A program made the translations under genes and the position numbers. From NCBI GenBank assembly GCA_963823665.1, contig CAWGMQ010000010.1, forward strand, positions 96,001 through 160,000: 64,000 bases of DNA, read 5' to 3'. The notes below the pieces were generated by a model. It was not told the origin of the DNA and ran no database searches. It was given only the letters and a program-made list of their open reading frames with translations. Position 1 is the stretch's first letter; each line of letters starts with the position of its first letter. Positions 39,461 to 51,149 of the stretch are shown here, one piece after another. This DNA comes from an uncultured Planctomycetota bacterium (lineage in GTDB: Bacteria > Planctomycetota > Planctomycetia > Isosphaerales > Isosphaeraceae).

Positions 39461-41863
39461 ATGGCCTCAGACGCACAAATCAATGCGAATCGGCGCAATG
39501 CGTTACGCTCGACCGGGCCTAAAAGTCCGGAATCCCGGGCGAAGAGCGCTCGCAATAGTCGGAAGCACGGGATGCGATCGGAGCGGGAGAAGCTCGCGCG
39601 GGAGGAAAGCATCGCGTATGAAGCGCGATACTTTCGCTGGTCCGCGCATTATGGGGTGGAGAGTGACCCCGAGGAGTTTCTATTAAATGCCAACCTGTTC
39701 CTGGCGTCCGACATGGATCGGGTGAGGGGTGCCTACCTGGAACTCACTCAAAGCCAGATCGACAATGCCGAGGACGACGAGATCAAAGAGGTGCGCGAGA
39801 CGGGCGACTTGCTGTTCACCGATTCACGAGGCGTGCCGGTTTCGTTGTATGGCACCCGTCGGTTTAACAACAAGAAGCCGGGGGGGCCGTCATGGGGTAG
39901 CGAAAATGCGCCGGCGATCGACCCCGAGGAGCTCGTGGGGAAACTGGAATCGAGCGCGATGGGGTGCTACTGGATCCTGGAGGTTCTGGAGGAACTGCTT
40001 GAGCGGGCGCGCAAGCGATTCTGGGCAAGCGGCGATCGGCTGATGATGATCAGGTTGCTGGGGCGGCATCCTGTGGACGGCGTGGCGGACCGGAGGGTCG
40101 CTGAGGTTTTCGCGGCAAGCTACGCGCTTCGGCCGGTGAACAAACCGTTTGACGATCTGCTCAGCGATATGAATGAGCTGGCGCTCGAGGCCCATGTGAA
40201 GGAAATCGCGGCGGCGTGGCCTGACCTTTCGCACAAAGGTGAAAAGGAGAAGGCCAGGCAGAGCCTGATCGAGCTGGTGGAGGGCGAGATCGAGCGGGTG
40301 TGGGCCATTGCGGCGGAACATGACACCCATATCAAGGATGAACCTGCGCGGACGAGGCGACGCAAGGGATTTGTTTATACCAAGGAAGCTGAGGCGATGC
40401 GGCGATGGTTCGCGCGCGCCAAGGGGTCGGTGGAGCGAGGGGGCAAGGTAATTCGGCAGGAGGTACGGGCGCGGAAGGCGGATAACCATGCGGAGACGCT
40501 GCCGCCGGTGCCTGGGAAAGATGTTAGCCCGTATGATGGGCGGCCGTCGTCTTGGTGGAGGGCGGACGTGGGGGGCGAGCGGAAGGCAGGACGGAGGGCG
40601 GAGGACGGAGGGAGGGGTCAGGAGACCGGCGCCCAACATGGTGAGACCCGCGCCCAACATGTTGACGGAGGGACGGGGCGGGAGAGTGGCGATCAGCTCG
40701 CTGACTTTGGGGGGACGGGAGACCTGCGGTCGGGTGGAGGGCGGCGACCCTTCGGGTGCCCGGAGACTCTCGCCCAACACGCGGATGGGGAGGCGGATTC
40801 GGGTGACTGTGGGAGCGGCGGGCCACTCGCTGATGGTGGTTCGGGCGCGGCGGTTGAGATTGGCCGTGAGGCGCGGGCGGGCGGCACACGGAGTGTGCCT
40901 GCTACTCCAATTAGTGCGGGCGGCACACGGAGTGTGCCTGCTACTTCGAATGAGAAGCGCCGCGGGTGGGATTCGGTCGTGGTCGAGGAATCGGACATTC
41001 TGGCGTGTGGGGGTTATCTTCCCGAGAAATACGTGGGCGGTGAGAGCGATGGCGCCTGTGAGGACGAGGCTCCGGCTGCGCTTGAGGACGAGGCTCCGGC
41101 TGCGCTTGAGGACGAGGCTCCGGCTGCGCTTGAGGACGAGGCTCCGGCTGCGCTTGAGGATGAAGTGCCGAATCTTGAAACGGCGAGTTCAGAATCTGAG
41201 GAAGCCGGGACCTGCGAGAGGGAACAGAAGGCGGAAGATGTGGTCGAGGTCACGCAGGAGCGACTGGCGGAAGATGGTGGTCGAGCGTGTGACGAACAGG
41301 TGGGCGATCAGACCAGGGAGGGCTCAACACTTGTCATCCGCGAGCACCCCCCCACCGCCACCTGCGGTGGCACCACCCCCACGAGCGGGGAGGAAAATGC
41401 GCCGAACGAAGCCAATTTTAGTGATGACGTGTGCATAGCACAACATCAAGATATTATTGAAGTTCCGACGAATTCTGGCGGTGTTTCGGGACTTGACGAT
41501 TGTCAAACGAAGCCAATTTTGGAAACGAAGCCAATTCCGGCGGGCGGTGAGGAGGCGGGTGGAACCGGAGGTTCAACACAGCCGGTTGGACGTGCCCTGA
41601 CGGACTACGAGCGACGGGACGCGTGGAAGGAAATCAGGCGGCGGGAGTGGATTCGTCAACGTGCGGAGAAGGAGGCGCGGGAGCGGGAGGCGCTTGGCGA
41701 GGTTGAATTCGGGGGTAGCGAATACTGGGACGACTTCGTCGACATCGGGGGAAGCCGTACCGCCGCACGACGTGCGGGGGCCGTGAGCGAATGTGGGGGC
41801 TGGTGCGCGGCGAGCGGATCACTGGCGGGTGGCGCCGTCTACCGGCCCTGGCCCCCCTTTTGA
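39461..41863 (+). CDS. Hypothetical protein with ANRRNA..STGP..KHG N-terminus and a long repeat-rich C-terminal half
   Basis: MASDAQINANRRNALRSTGPKS..NSRKHG, a helical N-half and a low-complexity acidic/Gly C-half; 800-aa ORF. Confidence 0.75.
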   Translation: MASDAQINANRRNALRSTGPKSPESRAKSARNSRKHGMRSEREKLAREESIAYEARYFRWSAHYGVESDPEEFLLNANLFLASDMDRVRGAYLELTQSQIDNAEDDEIKEVRETGDLLFTDSRGVPVSLYGTRRFNNKKPGGPSWGSENAPAIDPEELVGKLESSAMGCYWILEVLEELLERARKRFWASGDRLMMIRLLGRHPVDGVADRRVAEVFAASYALRPVNKPFDDLLSDMNELALEAHVKEIAAAWPDLSHKGEKEKARQSLIELVEGEIERVWAIAAEHDTHIKDEPARTRRRKGFVYTKEAEAMRRWFARAKGSVERGGKVIRQEVRARKADNHAETLPPVPGKDVSPYDGRPSSWWRADVGGERKAGRRAEDGGRGQETGAQHGETRAQHVDGGTGRESGDQLADFGGTGDLRSGGGRRPFGCPETLAQHADGEADSGDCGSGGPLADGGSGAAVEIGREARAGGTRSVPATPISAGGTRSVPATSNEKRRGWDSVVVEESDILACGGYLPEKYVGGESDGACEDEAPAALEDEAPAALEDEAPAALEDEAPAALEDEVPNLETASSESEEAGTCEREQKAEDVVEVTQERLAEDGGRACDEQVGDQTREGSTLVIREHPPTATCGGTTPTSGEENAPNEANFSDDVCIAQHQDIIEVPTNSGGVSGLDDCQTKPILETKPIPAGGEEAGGTGGSTQPVGRALTDYERRDAWKEIRRREWIRQRAEKEAREREALGEVEFGGSEYWDDFVDIGGSRTAARRAGAVSECGGWCAASGSLAGGAVYRPWPPF
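40877..40945. repeat. Two identical 30-bp palindromic units inside the CDS
   Basis: gcgggcggcacacggagtgtgcctgctact at 40877-40906 and 40916-40945; stem GGCACAC-gga-GTGTGCC. Confidence 0.9.
41060..41164 (+). repeat. 24-bp tandem repeat x4 encoding EDEAPAAL
   Basis: gaggacgaggctccggctgcgctt x4 plus a partial fifth unit. Confidence 0.95.
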
Positions 41864-42028
41864 AAAAGTGGTTCATGCCAAGGCGCGACTGTGCAAAGAA
41901 GTCGGGGGAGAAAGAGTGGGTCACGCAAAGGCGCAAAGAGGAAAAAGGCGCAAGCTGACAAACCGAGGGCAAGGGGGGGAAAGGGAGGTGCGGGGGTTTC
42001 GCTGGGAGCGGGCCGTTTCGGCCGCGTG

Positions 42029-45000
42029 TCACTCGGCTGCTGCGCCGGCGGTGACTCGTTCTGTGGCGACTGCGTCAGCCATCTTGCGCAGCGCACGCAA
42101 ATCGAGCTTTCCCGTGCCCAGGATCGGAATCGCGTCGATCTTGTAGAACTGGTCGCGCTTGGGCACAAACAGGTTGGGAAGATCCTTTGCGGCGAGCGCG
42201 TCGAACGCTTGTTCGACCTGCTTCTCGCCGGCCGTATGGAGGACGACGAGCCGCTCGCCTTTTCGTTCGTCGCCCACTGCGGATACGGCGAAAAGTTGCG
42301 TCGCCGCTGGGACGGCCTCATTCAAGATCTCCTCGATCAAGACATGCGGCACCATCTCGCCGCCGATCTTGGAAAATCGCGAGAGCCGCCCTGTGATCTT
42401 CAGAAAGCCGTCCTCGCTGAGCAAACCCTGGTCGCCGGTGATGTACCAGCCGTCTCGAAACGCCTCCTTCGTGAGGTCGTCGCGCCCCAGGTAGCCGCGC
42501 ATCACGTTGGGCCCCTTCAACAAGATGAGACCCTGCTCATCAGGGCCGAGGGTTTGCCCTGTGTCGTTCGAGACGATGTTCACGAGCACCCCGGGCAACG
42601 GCTGGCCGACATAACCGCGGCGAGAACCCGGTTGGAAGTAACGCGGCTCGCGCCAGTCGAATGTGTTCACGGCCACCACCGGCGAGCATTCGGTAAGGCC
42701 GTATCCTTCCATCGGCCGGATGCCGAATGCGTCCTCGAAAGAGAGCCCCAGCGATTCCGGCAGCTTCTCGGCCCCGACCAGGATCAGCCGCAGCGAGCCG
42801 AACTGGGCCGGCGTGCACCGGCGCTGGTAGAGCTGCAGGAATGTGGGCGTGGCCAGGAGCACCGTGCCGCGGAATCGCTCGACCAGCGAGCCAATCATCG
42901 CGGCGTCGAGCGGGCTGGGATGACAGATCATCCCCATCCCGGTACTGGCGGCAAACCAGAACATCGTGTAGCCGAACGAGTGAAAGAACGGCAGGATTCC
43001 CATCAAGCGATCGGTTGGAAGCACCCGGTAAACCTGGGAAATCGCCTCGATATTGGATCCGATGTTGAAATGAGAGAGTACAACGCCCTTGGGGTCGCCC
43101 GTGCTTCCGCTGCTGAAGATCACGGTCGCCGTATCGTCGAGCTCGCACTTCCGCTCCGCGCCGCAGCGCGCTCGAGCATCCGGATGGGCGCCACGAATCC
43201 CAGAAAGAGGCAGAGCAGACGTTCCAGGCGAGATATGCTCGGCTTCACGTCTTCGAGGAATACGAGCTCGAGCGCCCCGGGCGGTTCGATCTTTCCTTTC
43301 GCGAGGAACTCGCGGCTCGTGATCAGGATCTTGAGCCCGGCGATCGCGGCTGCGCGCTCCATGCCGGCTCGGCCGGTCGTGAAGTTCAGGTTTACGGTGG
43401 TCTTGCCCGCGAGCGAAGCAGCCAGGTTCGCCAGCGCCCCTCCGGCGCTCGCCGGCAGCAGGATGCCGATGCTCGTTTGTCCCCGCCAGCGCGATTTGAG
43501 GGCGCGAGCGATCGCCACCGCGCCGGCAAGCGACCTGATGAACGAAAGCGGAGGCGTTGCCGCATCGACGAGCGCCAGACGAAGCGGGTGCCGTCGCGCC
43601 TGGTGAACGAAGCCGTGATGAAGCGGACGCAGGTCCTCCTTCCGGAAAGCCCAGGCTTCCTGGTCGAGCCGGCGGATCGCCTGGCGCATGTCGAAGAGGG
43701 AAGCGTCGGGGGCCAGGGCCGGCCCGAACGAGATCGTCATGGGGTAGGGCAGGCGCGCCGGCACTCGCCTCGGGTTGACCGGGCTGAACACGCTGCGGTT
43801 CAGCCGGTCGAGGTGCACCGGGATGATCGGCGTGGTGCGCCCCTTCACGATCCGCTGCAGTCCGCGCTGAAATGGAGCCATCAAGCCGGTGCGGGTAAGC
43901 TGGCCTTCGGGAAAAATGCAGACGATGTCACCTGCGTCAAGGGCTTTGCCTGCTTCACGAAAGGCCTGCAAGATCATCTTCGGGCCCGCCGCTCGAGGTG
44001 ATCGGAATCGCTTTCATCGATCGCAAGACCCAGCCGATGAAGAACCTGTCGAAGTATTCATTGTAGACCATGAAGCGCACGGGCCGGTCGATCGTGGTGA
44101 TGATGAAGAGCCCGTCGGCGAACGTCACGTGATTGGGGATCAGAAGGGCGCCCCCCGAGGCCGGCACGTTCGACCGGCCCACCACTCGCACGCGATAGAC
44201 TGTATGTGCCAGCCCGACCATGAGGAATCGCAGAAACGCCTGGGGCACAAGGGTGAGCGACCAGAGAAAACCGAGGCCCAGAACGACCGACGTTCCGCGA
44301 AACGTTCCGCGGGCACCGATGCCGCGGTCTCCCAGAGCCAGCGCCAGCACCGAACCGGTCAGCATGCCGGCGTAAACAAGGGCATTCGTAACCGCGAGGA
44401 TCGCGCCTCGCCGGTCGGGCGGCGATCGCCACTGAATGATCGCGTTGAGCGGCACGATCAAGAATCCGCTGAAGAGGCCCAGGAGCGCCAGCACGATGAC
44501 GGTGCCGAGTATGTTCGGGCCGATCAAGGCGAAAGCGAGCGTGGTCACAAAGAGCCCCAGCGCGCCGAACGGGAGCAGCCCGTATTCCACCGTTGCACCG
44601 GAGATCTTGCCGGCGAGCAGGCAGCCGATTCCGACACCGATGCCCATCGCGGCCAGAGGAAGGCTCACCTGCCAGTCGCGCAGTCCCAGTTGCGCGGCGT
44701 CATAGGCCATGATCGGTGGGGGAACCAGCGTGCCGATCGTCCAGACGAAGATCTGTCCCAGCAAGGCCAGACCGAGCACGCGGTCCGCCCTGATCGAGCT
44801 CCAGGCGATTCGAATGGTGGCGACCAGCCCACCTTCCGAGCGGGCCGGCGAAAGCAACGGAATCTTGAGTGCCGCGAGCAACCCCATCGTCGAAAACACC
44901 GCAAGCAAGAGGGGTGCCAGGAAGAGATGCCCGCGAACTCCGTTGTAAATGAATCCGCCGCAGACAAGCCCGCCCAGCAGCGTCAAGTTCGAGACCGTCT

Positions 45001-45472
45001 CCAGCAGCCCGTTCCCTTCAGAGAGATCCTCGTGGGGCAAAAGCTCGGGCAGGATCCCGTATTTCGCGGGCATGAAAAGCGCTGTCTGTACGCCGACCAG
45101 GAAAAGGACCGTCATCGCCGGCCAGCCGCCGCTCGGGTGCAGATAGAGCGCCGCCGCTCCTGTGAGCATCAGCACCAGCTCGAACACTTTCATGGCGACG
45201 ATGACCGTCCGCTTGCTCACACGATCAGCCAGCACGCCGGCCGGCAGCGAAATGAGAGGCAGCGGAAGCATGAGCGCGATCTGTGCCAGCGCCGTCATCC
45301 TGATCTTGGCGGCTTCTTCGACCACCGCGGCCATCGCCAGGATCGTCACAACCTGCTTGAGCGCCTGGTCGTTGAACTGGCCAAAGGCCTGGGCCAGCAG
45401 AAGGCCTTGCAGCTTGCGCCAGATCTTGCGGTATCCCTCGGCTTCATGCGTCTGGGTCCCATTGCCGTCCAT
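42029..45472 (-). CDS. aas: MFS(LplT)-acyltransferase-acyl-ACP synthetase fusion (Aas-like), apparent frameshifts near 43980 and 43140
   Basis: MFS: AFGQFND, GVLADRVSKR, PAKYGILPE. PlsC: PNHVTFAD, IFPEGQLT. AMP-binding: IFSSGSTGDPKGV, EGYGLTE, WYITGD, RFSKIGGEMV, GTGKLD. Confidence 0.9.
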
Positions 45473-45725
45473 ATCCGCTGTCCTCTCTCAGGCGACGAGA
45501 ACCGGCCCGTGGCTCTCGCCCGGTTTGCGCAGCTCAAGATTGTAATGAGAAGTTCATGGCGATTTCGAATGAGTTTGAGCCACGGTCCGGCTAACTTCAC
45601 TGGAAGTGGGTCCGCAACGAGCGATTGTTCTACCCGCCCCGAGTGTTCTTTCCAAGCGCGATGTCACCGACTAAACTTGGCGATTACTGAACTCTCGCCA
45701 TGAATCCGTTGAAAGAGGTGGATAG

Positions 45726-47297
45726 ATGGGTGCTACGCTCGAGAGCCCGAGGGCCGTTGTCCTGCGCTTCGACGACACAGTGGCCGTCGCTGCGCGGCCG
45801 CTGCCGCGCGGCTTCCTGCTCGCCTCCGGCGGCCAGACGGTCGAGATCCGTGAGCCGATCGGGCTGGGCCACAAGGTCGCCCTGGCCGACATCGCTCCCG
45901 GTGAACCGGTGCGGAAATACGGGCAGATCATCGGATTCGCCTCCAAGGCGATCCCCGCCGGCTCGCTCGTCCACGTGCACAACCTGAAGGCCGACCTGTT
46001 CGAGCGCGATTATGCCTTTGCCACGGAGACACCCGCACCCGCCGCGGCCGGGGAGCCAAGGACCTTCCGCGGCTACCTCCGGCCCGATGGCCGGGTCGGC
46101 ACGCGAAACTACATCGCGGTGATCAGCACCGTCAACTGCTCGGCAAGCACCTCGCGATACGTCGCCGATCGGTTCCGCGACAACCTCTGGCGCAAGGATT
46201 TCCCCAACGTCGACGGCGTGTTCGCCATCACCCATAAAGGCGGCTGCGGCCTTCCCTTCGAAGGGCCGGACCACAACATCCTCGAACGTGTCCTGGCCGG
46301 ATTTGCCAATCATCCCAACGTCGCGGCGTATGTGCTCGTGGGCCTTGGCTGCGAAGTCAGCTTCGCGCAGCACCTGGTCGACGCGCAGGACCTGGTCACG
46401 CTCGGACCATCACGCGGAAACGGTCATCAGAAACCGGGCCCCAGGCCGCGGATGCTCAACATCCAGGAGGAAGGAGGTATCACGCGGACGGTCGAAGCGG
46501 CCGTTCGCGCCGTTCTTGACCTGCTGCCCGAGGCCAATTCGTGGAAGCGGACGGAGCAGCCCGCGGCCAGGATCTGCCTGGCCATGGAGTGCGGCGGGTC
46601 CGACGGCAACTCCGGCGTCACGGCCAACCCGGCCCTGGGAGTCGCCGCCGACTTGCTCGTCGCCCAGGGAGGCTCGGCCGTGCTCGGCGAGACTACCGAG
46701 ATCTACGGCGCCGAGCACTTGCTCACCCGCCGGGCCGTTTCGCGTGAGGTCGGCCAGAAGCTTGTCGATCGCATCAAGTGGTGGGAGTGGTACACCGGAA
46801 TCTTCGGCGCGCAAATCGACAACAACCCTTCACCCGGCAACAAGGCCGGCGGCCTGACCACGATCTACGAAAAGTCGCTGGGAGCTCTCGCCAAGGCCGG
46901 TTCGACCGCCCTGGTCGACGTCGTTCCCTACGCGGCCAAGGTTGACGGACCAGGGCTGATTTTCATGGACACGCCCGGCTACGACCCGCCGTGCACCACC
47001 GGGCTGATCGCCGGCGGGGCCAATGTGCTGGTCTTCACAACCGGTCGAGGAAGCGTTCTGGGCCTGAAGCCGACCCCTTGCATCAAGCTCGCAACCAATA
47101 CGCCGATGTACGAGCGGATGATCGCCGACATGGACATGGACGCCGGTCCGATCCTGGAAGGCGAACCCGTTGACGCCGTCGGGCGCCGGCTCTTCGAGAT
47201 GATTCTCGACGTGGCCAGTGGCGAGCCTACCAAGAGCGAACAGCAAGGTGTCGGCGAGGAGGAGTTCGCGCCTTGGACCATCGGGCCGACACTGTGA
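45726..47297 (+). CDS. uxaA: Altronate dehydratase (UxaA/GarD family) with SAF domain
   Basis: GHKVAL..VRKYGQIIG..HVHN; GRVGTRNY..TVNCS; GLGCE; ECGGSDG; GETTE; NPSPGNKAGGLTTIYEKSLG; FTTGRGS. Confidence 0.92.
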   Translation: MGATLESPRAVVLRFDDTVAVAARPLPRGFLLASGGQTVEIREPIGLGHKVALADIAPGEPVRKYGQIIGFASKAIPAGSLVHVHNLKADLFERDYAFATETPAPAAAGEPRTFRGYLRPDGRVGTRNYIAVISTVNCSASTSRYVADRFRDNLWRKDFPNVDGVFAITHKGGCGLPFEGPDHNILERVLAGFANHPNVAAYVLVGLGCEVSFAQHLVDAQDLVTLGPSRGNGHQKPGPRPRMLNIQEEGGITRTVEAAVRAVLDLLPEANSWKRTEQPAARICLAMECGGSDGNSGVTANPALGVAADLLVAQGGSAVLGETTEIYGAEHLLTRRAVSREVGQKLVDRIKWWEWYTGIFGAQIDNNPSPGNKAGGLTTIYEKSLGALAKAGSTALVDVVPYAAKVDGPGLIFMDTPGYDPPCTTGLIAGGANVLVFTTGRGSVLGLKPTPCIKLATNTPMYERMIADMDMDAGPILEGEPVDAVGRRLFEMILDVASGEPTKSEQQGVGEEEFAPWTIGPTL

Positions 47298-49490
47298 CGA
47301 CGATCGCCCCGCTTCGCGAGGCCGCCGGTCGGGCATCCGCGCCAACGGCCTTCTGGCGCATGATCGCCGGAATGATTTTCCTGGCGATCGTCGAGCTCTT
47401 GTGGTTGGCATGGTTCTTGATCGAGCCCTTGCCCAATGTCAACAACACCGGCGTGGCAACCCCGTCGCCGTGCGCAGAGGCTTGCTCGTGCTCAAAGCGC
47501 TTCCCGAAGTCGTCCCGGGCACGTCGTTCCGCGAGTCGATCCTGGGAAACGCCCTCGTCGAGCTCTCCCACCTGGAAAACCTGTCCCAGCGAGTGCCGAT
47601 TCTCATGGCGGCTCTCCTGATTGCCGCAGCAGCGATCGGCCTGGGCGACCTGGTGCTGCGCTTGCTCAGGCTCGAGCCTGGAATCTCCCTGTCCCGAGCG
47701 CGTCGCCCTCGACTATGGCCTGGGAGCCGGGCTGCTCGGCGTGCTCACGCTCGTTGCAGGAAGGATGGGGTGGCTGAATCCCTGGCTGGTGCGCAGGGCT
47801 CGCCGCACTTGCCGCCGCGGGGCTCTCGACGTCTCGGATCTGGACAGCGCCCAGAGGCAAAGTCGACTCGTCGTTGTGGTGGAAAACGCTTCTGTTCGGT
47901 CCGTTCGTGCTGCTGCTGATCCTGGCCTCGATGCTACCTTCAATCGACTTCGATGTGCTCGAATACCACCTGCAAGGGCCCAAGGAGTATTTCCACTCCG
48001 GCCGGATCAGCTATCTGCCTCACAATGTTTATACGAATATGCCGTTCAATGTTGAGATGTTGCACTTGCTGGCGATGGAGGTGATGGGCGACTGGTGGTG
48101 GGGCGGACTCTCCGGACAGCTCCTGGTCGCGCTCTTCGGTCCGGCAGCGGCCGTGTTGATCGCGGGCGCGGCCGGCAAGCTGGCATCGCCGCGCGCGGCC
48201 TGGCTTGCGGCGCTGATCTATCTCTCGACACCGTGGGTGTATCGCATGGCGGCGATCGCTTACGTCGAAGGGCCGCTCTGCTTCTATCACGCGGCGCTCG
48301 ATCTGGGTGTTGATCGAGGGCAGGGGGGTGATGGCTGCGAAGCCTCTGCGAGCGTGGGGTTTGCTGGGGTTGCTCGCCGGCTGTGCGATGGGCTGCAAGT
48401 ACACGGGATTGGTATCGGCGGTCATTCCTTTCGGGCTGCTCGCCCTCGTGGACGCCGTCCGGCGACGGTCCGTCGCTCTGGTGGGATATTACGTGCTCGG
48501 CTGGGTGGTCATCATGACGCCCTGGCTGGCCAAAAACGTGCTCGACACCAGGAACCCGGTTTATCCGCTCGAGTGCCGAGTCTTCCCCAGTCCGGACTGG
48601 GATGCCGACCGCGAGACACGATGGCAAGCGGTGCATGGCCCGCGCCCGACTCGATCTCCGCGAGCTGAAAAGCTCGATGGCCGACTTCCGGCACCGCCGA
48701 AAGCTGCAGCCCGACTCATTCAAGGTGGTGCGTCAATTCTGGAGCTCGCTGGTTGACGTCGCGGGTCGCTCGGACTGGCAGTCGCCGCTTTACCTCGCGC
48801 TGGCGCCCCTCGCACTACTTCGCCCCGGCTCGCGACGCCCGGCACGCCTCCTCTGGTTGTTCGTGGCTTACCTATTCTTGACGTGGTGGTTTGCCACCCA
48901 CCGGCTCGATCGATTCTGGCTGCCGATCCTTCCCGCACTGGCGATTCTCGCTGGCTTGGGTGCGGATTGGAGCCGCACCCGAGCGTGGTCAGTCGTGCTC
49001 GTCGCTCGTCGTGACACTCGGCCTGTTCACGAACCTGACCTACATCACGACGGCGCTGCCGGGCTTGAACGAGTGGACCGGCGACCTGGTCCGCCTCCGG
49101 CGCGAAGTCCCCCGGAGCTGGAATCCGCCGCTGGCGCGCTTGGATGCCGAGCTTTCGCCGGGCGCCAGACCTCTTCTGGTCGGTCAGGCCGCCGTGTTCC
49201 ACCTCGACCACGACGTTGTCTATAACACGGTATTCAACCCCGAAATGATCGAGCAGCTCGCCAAGGGAAAGACGCCGGCCGAGTTCCGGCGCGCCCTCGA
49301 AGAGCGAAATGTGACCCACGTTTACGTCGATTGGAAAGAAATCAGCCCGGCATCGCGAGCCCGGTGGATATGGCTTCACCGACTTTGTCGTTCCCGGCCG
49401 GTTCACCGCCTGGGTTGCCGCCGGCGTGCTCGCACCTGCCGAGCAAGATGGGGCCCGACCAGGAGCTCTACAAAGTTCGCTCAGCCGGTA
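47294..49490 (+). CDS. Polytopic membrane protein, GT-C/ArnT-like, multiple apparent frameshifts; end approximate
   Basis: Successive hydrophobic ORF pieces with DFDVLEYHLQGPKEY, NMPFNVEMLHLL, GCKYTG, PWLAKN..NPVYP and THRLDRFWLP. Confidence 0.65.
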
Positions 49491-49557
49491 GACTTCGACC
49501 AACTGCTCCAGAATCAGGACAGAAGGTCGATCGAGGGCGCGTCTCGCGGGGCGATTC

Positions 49558-50646
49558 ATGGACGGATTGACAGTCGTGACCGGAGGTGCCGGATTCATCG
49601 GTAGCCATCTGGTGACCGAGCTGGTTGATTCCGGCCAGCAGGTGCGCGTGATTGAGAAGCCCGGCGCGGCCGTTGATCATCTGCCCGAGCGGCGTGGAGG
49701 TTCGTCTTTGCGGACATTCGCGATCGCGGCGTCGCTCGCCGGGGCGTTTGACGGAGCGCATTGGGTTTTTCATCTGGCGGCGAATCCCAACCTCTGGGTG
49801 CGCGATCGCAGCGAATTCGACGCGGTCAATCACCAGGGCACGATCAACGTGCTCGATAGGGCGCTTGCCTCGGGCGCCCGAAGCGTGCTCCACACCAGCA
49901 CCGAGAGCATTCTCACCAGGCCCGAAGCAAGCGGGACCAATCGATGAAAATGTTGAAATTCGAATTGAGTGACGCGGTCGGGCCATACTGCCTTTCCAAG
50001 CTCCAGGCCGAGAATTATGCCATGGCCTTGGCCGGGCAAGGGTCGTCCGGTTTTGGTCGCCAACCCCACGATGCCCGTGGGTCCGGGCGATCTGAATCTC
50101 TCGCCGCCGACCCGGCTCGTACTGGATTTCTGTCGGGGAAATCTCCCGGCGATCATGAAATGCACGTTGAATTTGATTGATGTGCGAGACTTGGCGCACG
50201 GCCTTATTCTGGTGATGCGGCGTGGGCGTCCCGGGCGACGGTATATCCTGGGAAACCAGAATCTGACGCTCGAGTCCTTGCTCGAGATTTTGAGCGAGCT
50301 CTCGGGCATGCCGGTGCCCACCCGGCGGGTTCCCTACACTCTGGCACTGTCGTACGCCTGGCTCTCGGAGCTATGGGCCGACCGGGTGACCGGCGTGCCG
50401 CCAAAGGCGACAGTAACGGGTGTGCGGCTTGGTCGGCGAATCATGCATTTCGACACGGCACACACCGACCGCGAGCTGTCCTTTCGAAAGCGTCCGATCC
50501 GGGAGTCGCTCGCCGAGTTGATCGACTGGCTGGACCTGCGAGGGCTCTTCCCTGTCACGTCTCGGACAGGACAACGTAAGGGGAGAACGATTCTCGGAAA
50601 TCACCAATCTTCACCGTCCGGAGAGGCGCTGCTGGCATTTCGGTAG
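49558..50646 (+). CDS. NAD-dependent epimerase/dehydratase (HpnA-like), frameshifted
   Basis: VTGGAGFIGSH, VFHLAA, HTSTES, YCLSK (YxxxK), NPTMPVGPGD, NLIDVRDLAHG and GRRYILG. Confidence 0.88.
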
Positions 50647-51149
50647 CGCGGTTGTGTTAAGGTTCGGACATTTCCCAAATTTGGCGGGCTTCAAATCTGA
50701 AAAGCAATTCCCTGACGAGGTGCATCGATTTTCTTCCGCGAGACCTGCTTTTTCGTTCGGCAATGCATGATAGTTGTTGATCCTTATTTGGCATGACTGC
50801 AATGAATGTCGATCGCGAGTGTCGTGCTGTTCGACTCTTTCGTGCCGAGCATGCGGGAGATAAAAGAGGTTGCGGCAAAGAATCCGAGAAATTCGGTATC
50901 CTTCCCGGATTTCCCAACTTATATTAGTAGAGGGCCTTCGACGAGATCGGGAGTGGGTCTGGGGTGATCCAAAGGAAAGGTGGATCAGCACAAACGTCGA
51001 GCGAAGGAAGCCGCGGCAGAGGATCGGAGCGATTTGGCGATTTCGTGCTAGCGGATGGGAATGGAGTTGATCTATAATAGCAATTTAGCTTCTGGTTGAC
51101 GAACGAGGATGGTGTCGCCGCCGAGGCTCGTGCCGGAGGATGATAGTCG

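Noticed and set aside
41891..45703. Long plus-strand ORFs (571 and 604 aa) and similar antisense ORFs across the window
   Set aside because: They are shadows of well-supported opposite-strand genes in high-GC DNA, with Arg/Pro/Ala-rich composition and no motifs.
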